Shown here one piece after another: positions 17,547 through 26,154 of a stretch of 64,000 nucleotides of DNA; position 1 is the stretch's first letter, and every line of letters begins with the position of its first letter. Source of the DNA: an uncultured beta proteobacterium (GTDB taxonomy: Bacteria; Pseudomonadota; Gammaproteobacteria; Burkholderiales; SG8-41). The stretch is taken from assembly GCA_903885665.1 (NCBI GenBank), contig CAISJL010000064.1:81268-145267 (forward strand). The letters run 5' to 3'. The position numbers and the translations under genes are program-made. The notes below the pieces were generated by a model, which ran no database searches, was not told the origin of the DNA, and saw only the letters and a program-made list of their open reading frames with translations.

Positions 17547-19151
17547 TTATCGTATGGATACGTGTTGTGCTAAGGTGAACTCATCAGTACGAGGAGTGTA
17601 GCTCAATCCCGAGCGCATTCCCCAGCTTACAACTTGATGATGCAAGGGTATGATCGCAACGTCTTGAATAGCTAATATGCTTGCTTCGCGTGCTAGCGCT
17701 TCGCGTTTTGTTCGGTCTATAGTGCTTAATGCGGTAGTCATCAATTGATCAACTTTACTGTTGGAGTAGCGTCCCCAGTTCCAAGCGCCATAACCTTTTT
17801 CACTGTTAGTCGTTGCTATGAGTGAGCGAATTGATAGGTCGGCTGCAAAGGATCCCCAACCGAGAAGGGTGATTGTAGTCTCTTCTTTGCGAACTTTATT
17901 AAGTAAGGTGGACATCGGAAGCGCCTCTACAGTTGTGCGCACACCAACCCGAGTCCAGAATTGAGCTACCGCTTGTAAGATCTGATCATCATTAATATAG
18001 CGATTATTTGGGCCGGACAGAGTAAGTTGAAAGCCATTGGGGTATCCAGCCTCGGTCAATAATTGTTTGGCAGCGCTAGGATCAAATGTTTCTGGTTTGA
18101 GAATGGTTTGGTAACCAAAGCTAGGTGGTGAAACGAAATTAATTGCCGGCATGCCTAGCCCCTCCATAATGCGTTCGGTGATTGCTAGACGGTTGATTGC
18201 AAGTGATAGGGCTTGCCGCACTCGTTTATCTTGCAAGGGATTTTTGGATAATAATGAGCCGTTCAGATCTGTAATATAGGGTGATGGACTACGATACTGA
18301 TCAAGATGTAGCAGTATCGTGCGCCAAGAGGTGGCTTGAATGACTTTGAGTTGATTGTTTTTACTGAGTTTTTTAATGTCAGCTGAGGGGACGTGTTCTA
18401 TCATGTCCAACTCAGCCGCAAGTAAGCCCGCTGTGCGCGACGGATCTGATGGGACAATTCGGAGTGTGACTTTGTCGTGCGCTGGGGGGTTACCCCACCA
18501 TCCCAAGAAACGTGAAAGCTCGAGCCGATCTCCTCGTTGATAGCGTACAAACTGGTAAGGCCCAGTGCCAACCATTGCGCGACCACTATCAAAATCATCG
18601 GTGTTGGCGTTGACGGCATGCTTTTTAGAGACAATGAGGATAGAGTTTAAATCCTCTGGTAGCGCTCCATAAGGGCTCTTGGTTTTAATTTGTAGAGTAT
18701 GGGTATCGATGATGCGGATGCTGGCAATAGCGCGCACATAGGCAGCGAAACCTCCGCTAGGACTTTTCAGTTGTAATGGGCGCTGTAGAGAGAATTCTGC
18801 ATCCTGAGCAGTAAAAGGGCTGCCGTCATGGAATGCAACACCTTTCCGGAGTTTGAATTCCCAGGTGTGGGGATCGATAGCGCGCCAACTCAGTGCAAGA
18901 CCTGGTATCAGACGATTTTGAGTGTCTACATCTACTAAGGATTCGAAGACGTGCCGTGCCACTGTTAAATTGGGTTGGCTTGCTAAATGGTGCGGGTCTA
19001 GCGAAGTGACCTCACCAGATAAACCAATACGTAATTCAGTTGCAGCACTTAAACTCAAAGAGGTTAAGCATAAGCATAAGCATAAGGATAAGGATAAGGA
19101 TATTGTGACAATTCCAGTCAGTTGTTGCGAAATCTGTGAAATTATTTTCAT
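17547..19151 (-). CDS. ABC transporter substrate-binding protein, family 5 (DppA/OppA-like)
   Basis: 534 aa. Signal peptide followed by LRIGLSGEVTSLDPH, typical of SBP family 5. Confidence 0.9.
   Translation of the reverse strand: MKIISQISQQLTGIVTISLSLSLCLCLCLTSLSLSAATELRIGLSGEVTSLDPHHLASQPNLTVARHVFESLVDVDTQNRLIPGLALSWRAIDPHTWEFKLRKGVAFHDGSPFTAQDAEFSLQRPLQLKSPSGGFAAYVRAIASIRIIDTHTLQIKTKSPYGALPEDLNSILIVSKKHAVNANTDDFDSGRAMVGTGPYQFVRYQRGDRLELSRFLGWWGNPPAHDKVTLRIVPSDPSRTAGLLAAELDMIEHVPSADIKKLSKNNQLKVIQATSWRTILLHLDQYRSPSPYITDLNGSLLSKNPLQDKRVRQALSLAINRLAITERIMEGLGMPAINFVSPPSFGYQTILKPETFDPSAAKQLLTEAGYPNGFQLTLSGPNNRYINDDQILQAVAQFWTRVGVRTTVEALPMSTLLNKVRKEETTITLLGWGSFAADLSIRSLIATTNSEKGYGAWNWGRYSNSKVDQLMTTALSTIDRTKREALAREASILAIQDVAIIPLHHQVVSWGMRSGLSYTPRTDEFTLAQHVSIR
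19065..19100 (-). repeat. In-frame hexanucleotide microsatellite (TCCTTA)3(TGCTTA)3 on the coding strand, encoding SLSLSLCLCLCL in the signal-peptide h-region
   Basis: The plus strand reads (TAAGCA)3(TAAGGA)3. The coordinates agree with codons 18-29 of ORF 17547..19151. Confidence 0.9.
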
Positions 19152-19280
19152 AATCGATTCTAAAAGTATTCTGAACGTATAGCATACCGCAGCATGATAC
19201 CGTTGTTAGCGTTGTCGTTATCGTTGGTTTTCTTGTTACTCGAGTAAGTCTTAGATTGACAGCGATAACTAGGACTGCTT

Positions 19281-20507
19281 ATGCTAAGACTTTTTATATT
19301 GAAGCTTCTGATGACACCATTAAACGAGTCAGCGAATCTACAACCCAGTTCACAAACCGTGGAACTTATTCGTCAATTGATTGCATTTCCCACGGTTAGC
19401 CGAGATTCTAATTGGAAATTGATTGAGTTTGTGCAAGATTTATTGAGTCCTTTATCCCCAGATTTTCGGATCACTTATAACGAAGATAGAAGTAAGGCTA
19501 ATTTATTTGTCACTTTGGGTTCTCTGGGAGCGTCTGGCATCGTATTATCAGGCCATACCGATGTTGTGCCAGTTGACGGTCAGGATTGGAGTAGTGATCC
19601 TTATAAGTTGGTAGAGCGTAATGGATGTCTTTTTGGCCGCGGCACCTCTGATATGAAGAGCTTTATTGCCTGTATTTTATCCCTAATACCGCAATATGCT
19701 GTTCAAGGCTTCCGCAGCCCTGTGCATTTGGCATTGAGTTATGATGAAGAGGTGGGATGCCTTGGAGTGCCAGGCTTATTGGCGGATTTGTCTGCCGCTG
19801 GTATTCGCCCTCACTCCTGCATTGTGGGTGAACCTACGCTGATGCGGCCAATCATCGCTCACAAGGGTAAGCAAGCATATCGCTGCACGGTGCGCGGTCT
19901 CGCTTCACATTCTGCTTATGCGCCTTATGGTGTGAATGCTGTAGAGGCGGCATCAGAGGCGGTAGCGTTTCTAAAAAAAATGGCGCGCCGCCATCGTGAT
20001 TGCGGGCCTTATGACCGTGGTTTTGATGTGGCCTATACCACGGTTCACACAGGCATTATTCGTGGCGGTACCGCATTAAATATAGTACCCCAGGATTGCG
20101 TGTTTGATTTTGAGTTTCGTCATTTGCCTGGTGACAATCCCAGCGCATTAAAAGCTGAGTTTGAGCGCTATATTCAAGAAATGCTAGAGCCTGAAATGAA
20201 AGCTGTTGACCCGAGTTGTGGTTTTACTATCAGTCCCCTATCAACAATCCCCGCGCTCAATACTGGCGCAGAGACTGCAATTACTGCTCTGGTGCAATCA
20301 TTGGGTGGAGAATCTGATATCGGTAAAGTATCTTTTGGTACTGAGGCCTCATTGTTTCAGGTATCCGGTATCCCGACAGTCGTTTGTGGTCCAGGTTCAA
20401 TTCGAGAGGCGCATAAGCCCAATGAGTTTGTAACCTTAGAGCAAGTCGCAAAGTGTGAGCGCTTTTTGCACCGTTTGTTCGGCAAGCTGGTAAGCGGAGA
20501 TCTTTAA
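19281..20507 (+). CDS. M20-family metallo-deacylase (ArgE/DapE/acetylornithine deacetylase-like)
   Basis: 408 aa with LSGHTDVVPV, GRGTSDMK and EEVGCLG metal-ligand motifs. AGGA lies 6 nt upstream of the ATG. Confidence 0.88.
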   Translation: MLRLFILKLLMTPLNESANLQPSSQTVELIRQLIAFPTVSRDSNWKLIEFVQDLLSPLSPDFRITYNEDRSKANLFVTLGSLGASGIVLSGHTDVVPVDGQDWSSDPYKLVERNGCLFGRGTSDMKSFIACILSLIPQYAVQGFRSPVHLALSYDEEVGCLGVPGLLADLSAAGIRPHSCIVGEPTLMRPIIAHKGKQAYRCTVRGLASHSAYAPYGVNAVEAASEAVAFLKKMARRHRDCGPYDRGFDVAYTTVHTGIIRGGTALNIVPQDCVFDFEFRHLPGDNPSALKAEFERYIQEMLEPEMKAVDPSCGFTISPLSTIPALNTGAETAITALVQSLGGESDIGKVSFGTEASLFQVSGIPTVVCGPGSIREAHKPNEFVTLEQVAKCERFLHRLFGKLVSGDL

Positions 20508-20531
20508 CTACGAAAACGAAGTGTTGAAGAG

Positions 20532-20971
20532 TTATAGATGATGCTGTGTAGTGGCGACGTAGTCGGGCTCGTTTTGGTGTGAGCGTTCAAACTTTAGAAA
20601 ATCATAATACCCACAGCGTTTGCCATCGGGGTAGCTTTTGCAAACAGTTGGGCGAGCTGCGTATACGGTGCACTGCCGTTTGATGGTATCAAATAATTTG
20701 CAAATTTTTCCGAAATTAGGATCGTTTTGCTTGCGTAAGGCACGTACTTTTTCAGCTTTACGGAAAACAGTATAGCGTGCTTCAGCTTGATCATAAGTAA
20801 TACCGAAGTGCTTTGCTAAGCGTTGAATGTCACGCTTACCAATTTCAATCAACGGATAGCTACAGCAGTATCCCGGACATTTGCTGCAATCGTATTGATT
20901 GCCAGTTCTTTTGGGGGGGTGGTTGATTTGTTGTGTTCTGGGTTGGCTGCAGGTATTGACGAGGTGGGCAT
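20532..20971 (-). pseudogene. YkgJ-family (CxxCxxxCC) cysteine-cluster protein gene, interrupted by a -1 frame change at a C7A4 tract. It could be a pseudogene, a homopolymer sequencing error, a phase switch or a programmed frameshift.
   Basis: The ATG at 20971 opens MPTSSIPAANPEHNKSTTPP.., which terminates at 20849-20851. The adjacent frame encodes ..KRTGNQYDCSKCPGYCCSYPLIEIGKRDIQRLAKHFG...CTVYAARPTVCKSYP.. down to the stop at 20532, but has no start codon before the TTG at 20852. The two frames meet at G7 (20913-20919, plus strand). Confidence 0.6.
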
Positions 20972-21053
20972 GATATTTAGAATAGTGTAATTAGTAAGCC
21001 CGCATTATAGGCGCCTTGCTAAATTAGGTGATGACTTTGTCAACGTTACACTG

Positions 21054-21791
21054 TTAATGATGTAATATTTTTGAGAGGAAGTGTTGCGCACGTTCTGAAC
21101 GAGGCGTACCAAAAAAGTCGTCTTTTGTGGCATCTTCGACGATTTCACCCTGATCCATAAAAATCACTCGGTGCGCAACCTTTCGTGCAAACTCCATTTC
21201 ATGGGTCACGCACATCATTGTCATGCCTTCTTGAGCGAGTTCCACCATCACATCTAATACTTCGTTAATCATTTCAGGGTCTAATGCAGAGGTGGGCTCA
21301 TCAAACAGCATGGCAATAGGGTCCATTGCTAGTCCTCTCGCAATCGCTACCCGTTGTTGTTGACCACCAGAGAGTTGGCCTGGAAATTTTTCGGCATGAT
21401 CAATCATGCCGACGCGCTGTAGTAAACTGCGGGACTTCTCAGTGGCTTCGTCTTGGCTGCGGCCTAAGACATAAATTTGAGCCAGATTGAGATTAGTCGT
21501 GACGCTCATGTGTGGAAACAATTCGAAGTTTTGAAACACCATGCCAATTTTGGCACGTAACTGAGGTAGGCTGGTTTGAGGGTCACTTACGGACTGGCCA
21601 TTGACAATTAAGGTGCCTTTTTGAATCGGTTCTAGGCCATTGACACACTTGATGAGTGTTGACTTACCAGAGCCGGAAGGGCCGCACACTACAACGACTT
21701 CGCCTTTGGCAATTTGCGTTGAGCAATTCTTAAGCACCTGAAATTTGCCATACCATTTGCTGATATTTTGTAATTCAATCATTGTCATCAT
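21054..21791 (-). CDS. gltL: Glutamate/aspartate-type amino-acid ABC transporter ATP-binding protein
   Basis: Walker [10 protein letters not shown], signature [13 protein letters not shown], Walker [12 protein letters not shown]. The start is set at [15 protein letters not shown], just after the upstream permease stop; the longer ORF-track start (22151) overlaps that permease gene. Confidence 0.9.
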   Translation of the reverse strand: MMTMIELQNISKWYGKFQVLKNCSTQIAKGEVVVVCGPSGSGKSTLIKCVNGLEPIQKGTLIVNGQSVSDPQTSLPQLRAKIGMVFQNFELFPHMSVTTNLNLAQIYVLGRSQDEATEKSRSLLQRVGMIDHAEKFPGQLSGGQQQRVAIARGLAMDPIAMLFDEPTSALDPEMINEVLDVMVELAQEGMTMMCVTHEMEFARKVAHRVIFMDQGEIVEDATKDDFFGTPRSERAQHFLSKILHH

Positions 21792-21802
21792 TAAGTACCT
21801 TG

Positions 21803-22492
21803 TTAACGCGGCGGTGAAATGCGACTTTGCAGCCGCTTCACACAATACGAGGTTGAAAAGCACAAGATAAAGTAAATCAGTGCTGCAAATAAATACATCT
21901 CGACTAAGCGCCCATCGCGCTGAGCAATTTTGCTCGCCGCCCCCATAAAGTCTGTCAGTCCAACCACATAGACAAGGGATGTGTCTTGGAACAAGATAAT
22001 ACCTTGAGTCAGCAGGATAGGGATCATGTTGCGAAATGCTTGCGGCAACACGACTTTGATCATGGCTTGGGGGTAAGTAAGGCCTAATGCAAATGCCGCT
22101 TGGCTTTGGCCCGCAGGTACACTTTGGATACCCGCTCGAATAATCTCGCAATAATAAGCGGCTTCAAATAAAGTAAATGCTATTAGTGCTGAATGAAATG
22201 GGCCTATGCCTTGTGCGTAAGAATTACCGCTAAAATATTTAACTGCAATAGGAACTAAAAAATAAAACCAGAAGATCACTAAGATTAATGGTGTTGAGCG
22301 CAGTAGGTTAACATAGCCGCTGGCAGGCAGGCGTAAGATGCGGAAGCTTGATAAGCGCATGAGCGCAAGCAAAGTGCCGAGTACTATGCCGCCAAGCATT
22401 GCTAATAGCGTTAAACCCAGCGAGAACAGCATGCCCTTACCTAAGTAAGGCAGGCTACGTTGTATGACATCGTAATCGAGGTCGCTGAACAT
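21803..22492 (-). CDS. gltK: Amino-acid ABC transporter permease (GltK-like)
   Basis: 229 aa, His/Glu/Gln/Arg/opine permease family ([16 protein letters not shown]). Confidence 0.85.
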   Translation of the reverse strand: MFSDLDYDVIQRSLPYLGKGMLFSLGLTLLAMLGGIVLGTLLALMRLSSFRILRLPASGYVNLLRSTPLILVIFWFYFLVPIAVKYFSGNSYAQGIGPFHSALIAFTLFEAAYYCEIIRAGIQSVPAGQSQAAFALGLTYPQAMIKVVLPQAFRNMIPILLTQGIILFQDTSLVYVVGLTDFMGAASKIAQRDGRLVEMYLFAALIYFILCFSTSYCVKRLQSRISPPR

Positions 22493-22494
22493 GT

Positions 22495-23220
22495 TTACTT
22501 TCCACCGCCAATGTAGCCAGGCATGCGCACGCGTTGCTCTAATTGGCTCATCAGCAGTGTCACAGTTAAAGTGATCACCACATAGACCAAAGTGGCCAAA
22601 GAGAAAATTTCAAAAGTACGGAACGTATATTCAGAGATTGACCGTGCTTGCGCAGTGAGTTCTAACACGCCAATAGTGAGCGCCACTGAGGAGTTCTTGA
22701 TGATGTTCAGGAACTCTGAGGTCAGTGGTGGCAAAATAATTCTAAAGCCTATGGGTAGTAGAACATGGCGATAAGTTTGGGGTGGGGTTAAGCCTATTGC
22801 TAATGCAGCATAGGTTTGGCCAGACGGAATAGACTGTATTCCAGAGCGCACTTGCTCGGCTACCCGGGCGGCAGTGAAAAAACCGAGTGCCAATACAGCG
22901 CTCCAGAATTCTGGCATTGGCATACCTTGTTTCATCCAGCTGCCTAATGCGCTAGGAACGATTTCTGGTACTACAAAATACCAAATAAACATTTGTACTA
23001 AGAGTGGGATATTGCGAAACAGTTCCACATAAGCAGTAGCTGGGTAATACAGCCATGCGATATGAGTAGTTCTGAAAACACCTAATATAGATCCAAGGCT
23101 AAGGGCAATCACCCAAGCACTGAGTCCGACCAGCAAGGTCCATTGCACGCCGGAGATGACCCAGTTGAGATACGTGCCGCCACCAGAGAATGCGGGTTGA
23201 CTAAGGAATGAAAAATCCAT
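22495..23220 (-). CDS. gltJ: Amino-acid ABC transporter permease (GltJ-like)
   Basis: 241 aa, same family (FTAARVAEQVRSGIQSIPSGQ). Confidence 0.85.
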   Translation of the reverse strand: MDFSFLSQPAFSGGGTYLNWVISGVQWTLLVGLSAWVIALSLGSILGVFRTTHIAWLYYPATAYVELFRNIPLLVQMFIWYFVVPEIVPSALGSWMKQGMPMPEFWSAVLALGFFTAARVAEQVRSGIQSIPSGQTYAALAIGLTPPQTYRHVLLPIGFRIILPPLTSEFLNIIKNSSVALTIGVLELTAQARSISEYTFRTFEIFSLATLVYVVITLTVTLLMSQLEQRVRMPGYIGGGK

Positions 23221-23304
23221 GCGTAGGCCTAAATCGTAGGTAACAGAGTCACAAAATATTAGCTGGGATAGCTACGCATCCCGGCTAATATACAGATCAA
23301 AATC

Positions 23305-24225
23305 TTAGCAACTCATTTTGCCGCAAGAACCTACACCTTTGTCGTTAGGGTTTTTAATGGCATCTTTTAAACCATCAGACATTGGGAAGTTGAGATTGAT
23401 ATTTTTTGGTCGTATGGGCGATTGGAACCATTTTGTGTAGATTTTGTTGATCTCGCCACTTTTATATAAGCCTGCAACTGTATCGGTTACTAACTTTTTA
23501 AAGCTTGGATCGTCCTTACGCATCATGATTGCATAAGGGTCATCTGACAGGAATGCACCGATGACTTCGTAGTCATTGGGATTCTTGGCATTGGCTTTGA
23601 GGCTGTAGAGTAAGATGTCATCCATGGGGAATGCAACCGCACGGCCTGTTTCTACTGCAAGGAATGATTCTGCATGATCTTTTGAGGGAATGAAATTAAT
23701 GCCAAGCTTTTTCTCATCGTTATAAGCTTTCATCGCCCGTTCGTTGGTGGTGCCAGAGGTAAATACAACGGTTTTACCTTTGAGATCGTCGTAGTTTTTA
23801 ATTCCCGAAGATTTTTTGACTAAGATCTTTGTGCCTGTCACAAAGTAAGTTGGTGCAAAAGCGACCTGTTGTTGACGTTCAATCGAATTCGTAGTCGAGC
23901 CGCATTCCAAATCGATATTGCCGCCTGTCAAGATGGGGATACGAGTTTGGGAAGTCACGGGTACAAACTCGTGCTTGAGATTAGGCATTTTGAGTTCAGC
24001 TTTAATACTATCAACAATTTTTAAGCAGATATCAACGCCGTAACCTATGGGATGTTGATTGTCGTCCAAGTATGAGAATGGTGAAGACGCATCGCGATGA
24101 CCAATTTTGACGATGCCAGTGTCTTTAATTTTTTTAAGTGTGCCAGTGATTTCGGCGGCAAAAGTAGGATTAATGCACAGGCCAGCTATTGTAAGTGTCA
24201 GAAGCAAGCGGATTAGACGCGACAT
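23305..24225 (-). CDS. gltI: Glutamate/aspartate periplasmic binding protein (family 3 SBP, GltI-like)
   Basis: 306 aa. Signal peptide followed by TLKKIKDTGIVKIGHRDASSPFSY...DLECGSTTN. Confidence 0.85.
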   Translation of the reverse strand: MSRLIRLLLTLTIAGLCINPTFAAEITGTLKKIKDTGIVKIGHRDASSPFSYLDDNQHPIGYGVDICLKIVDSIKAELKMPNLKHEFVPVTSQTRIPILTGGNIDLECGSTTNSIERQQQVAFAPTYFVTGTKILVKKSSGIKNYDDLKGKTVVFTSGTTNERAMKAYNDEKKLGINFIPSKDHAESFLAVETGRAVAFPMDDILLYSLKANAKNPNDYEVIGAFLSDDPYAIMMRKDDPSFKKLVTDTVAGLYKSGEINKIYTKWFQSPIRPKNINLNFPMSDGLKDAIKNPNDKGVGSCGKMSC

Positions 24226-24388
24226 AAATCATCTCCTTAGGTTGTTACGTTGGATGTATCAAAGTGTTGAGGGTGTTTGTAAACTGCAGATGCTCAATTT
24301 AAGGCACTGCTTGCACTTTGTCCAGCATTCTAATCTGCGCTAACATGTGATGCGATAACTGAAAATAAAATAGTTTAAATTCAGTTAG

Positions 24389-25093
24389 TTAGGAATGTTT
24401 TTGATGCCATGCTACACAGGCTCGTGCTAAAGCGCGAGTGGCATCAATACAATGCGCATGCAACGAATGGTCGGCAAACTCGATAGCCAGAGGTGTTTCA
24501 GTACAAGCGAGAATGATCGCCTGCGCACCGGCAGACGCTAATTGTTGTACGGCTGCAATGGCAAGTGTATGAGCGTGGGCAAGCTGACCAGCTTTAACAG
24601 CGTCAATCGCCGGTTTTACCAATGTGGTTTGAGCCTCGGGCGTGCTGATCACACATTTCAGCCCTCTGGCGCTAAGGCGTTGCTGGAAAAAGCCTGCAGC
24701 AACCGTACCGTCGGTGCTCAATAAACCGACTGCGCCCGTGGTAATGTTTAAACGCGCCAACTCTGCGCATGCGGCATCTGCGATGTGAATAATCGGCAAT
24801 TCACCTAGACGCTCTAAATCATCAAACCAGTGATGTGCTGTATTACAGGCAATTGCAATAGCGGTAGCACCACCTTGGCGCAAAGTAGTAATTCCTTTTA
24901 GCATGTAGGGTAGAGGGGATTCCCCGTTATGGAGAATGGCCGCTGGCCGGTCCGGTATTTGCGGGACGCAATATGCTAGATAAGGAATGTGCTCTTGATC
25001 GTGGTTTGCTGGCGTCTCTTGGACTAGTTTGGTTAAAAAATCTGCTGTTGCTAAAGGGCCCATACCGCCTAGAATGCCCAGTAAGGGTCTCAT
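24389..25093 (-). CDS. Aspartate/glutamate racemase family protein (aspartate racemase-like)
   Basis: 234 aa with GILGGMGPLATADF, IACNTAHHW and ILACTE, the two catalytic Cys regions of the Asp/Glu/hydantoin racemase family. Confidence 0.85.
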   Translation of the reverse strand: MRPLLGILGGMGPLATADFLTKLVQETPANHDQEHIPYLAYCVPQIPDRPAAILHNGESPLPYMLKGITTLRQGGATAIAIACNTAHHWFDDLERLGELPIIHIADAACAELARLNITTGAVGLLSTDGTVAAGFFQQRLSARGLKCVISTPEAQTTLVKPAIDAVKAGQLAHAHTLAIAAVQQLASAGAQAIILACTETPLAIEFADHSLHAHCIDATRALARACVAWHQKHS

Positions 25094-25962
25094 GACTGCG
25101 CCAGAAAAGATTCAATGAGCTTTGCGACAACGGCGGGTTGGTCGTGATGCATCATATGCCCTGCATCTTCTACCCAAGACTCTTGTAAGTGTTTGAAGGC
25201 ACTTTTACGCTCTTTTAGTTGTTCTGGATTATCTTTGAGGTAGCCTGTGCCTTTAGAGTCTCGACCGAAGACCCATAACGTGGGGGCGCTAACCTCGCGC
25301 CAACAGGCCAAAATCTCATCGAGCCTAAACAAGATTGGGTTGGCCCGTTTGTGGCGTGGGTCGCTATACATTTCAATGTGGCCCGGGTTGGTTTCCTGGG
25401 CCCAAGCGCGAGCAATAAACTGCGCTTTTTCATCGTTGAGTCGGGGGTTTTCGCGTATCAAGCGTGCGGCTAGTACATCAAAAGAATTATAGACTCGGAA
25501 GCGCTGTTCAGTGATCAGTTCATCGAGCCAGCGGCGATAGCGTGTAGGCGCATCTGTCGGTGTGGTCCGTGCTAGTCCAAAGCCTTCCAAGGAAATTAGT
25601 TTGGAGACGCGTTCAGGACGAATGCCAGAGTAAGTGCAGGCGATAACACCACCCATGCTGTGGCCAACTAATAGTGCAGGATGATTTGGTGAGTAAATAT
25701 CTAGCAGTGCTTCCAAGTCTGCATAATAATCAGGAAACCAATAACCGCCTTCTGACCACGCGCTCAAGCCGCAACCGCGCCAATCAGGTGCAATGATGTG
25801 CCATTCTTTTTGCAACTCTTCAACTACAAATTGAAATGACGCTGAAACATCCATCCAACCATGTAGTAAAAATAACATTGGAGCTCCATCTGGCCCCCAT
25901 TCACGCACGTGATAGCGTAGACCATTACATTGGTGAAACGTTGAGCGTCCAGTATTCGACAT
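25090..25962 (-). CDS. Alpha/beta-fold hydrolase
   Basis: 290 aa with the HGWMD oxyanion region, the nucleophile elbow GHSMGG and a C-terminal GHMMHHD. It overlaps the racemase gene by 4 nt. Confidence 0.85.
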   Translation of the reverse strand: MSNTGRSTFHQCNGLRYHVREWGPDGAPMLFLLHGWMDVSASFQFVVEELQKEWHIIAPDWRGCGLSAWSEGGYWFPDYYADLEALLDIYSPNHPALLVGHSMGGVIACTYSGIRPERVSKLISLEGFGLARTTPTDAPTRYRRWLDELITEQRFRVYNSFDVLAARLIRENPRLNDEKAQFIARAWAQETNPGHIEMYSDPRHKRANPILFRLDEILACWREVSAPTLWVFGRDSKGTGYLKDNPEQLKERKSAFKHLQESWVEDAGHMMHHDQPAVVAKLIESFLAQS

Positions 25963-26154
25963 CTAAAAATCCCCGCAAGCGTCAGAGTTAATTGAGAAAT
26001 GAGCGATATTTTGGCATGATCTGGGCTAATCGCTATGCGCTATTCCATAATGCGATGCCTACAGGGTGTGCTATGTATCGGATTTTTCAGCATTATCGCT
26101 AAATTCGCAAGCATGTGCTGGTAGTCTTGATTCGATCGACTAAAATACCCTCCT

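Noticed and set aside
21792-22151. N-terminal 120-codon extension of the gltL ORF given in the ORF track (21054..22151).
   Set aside because: The extension overlaps the gltK permease gene in another frame and has no ABC-ATPase similarity. The canonical N-terminus ([12 protein letters not shown]) begins right after the gltK stop, with an AAGG Shine-Dalgarno sequence.
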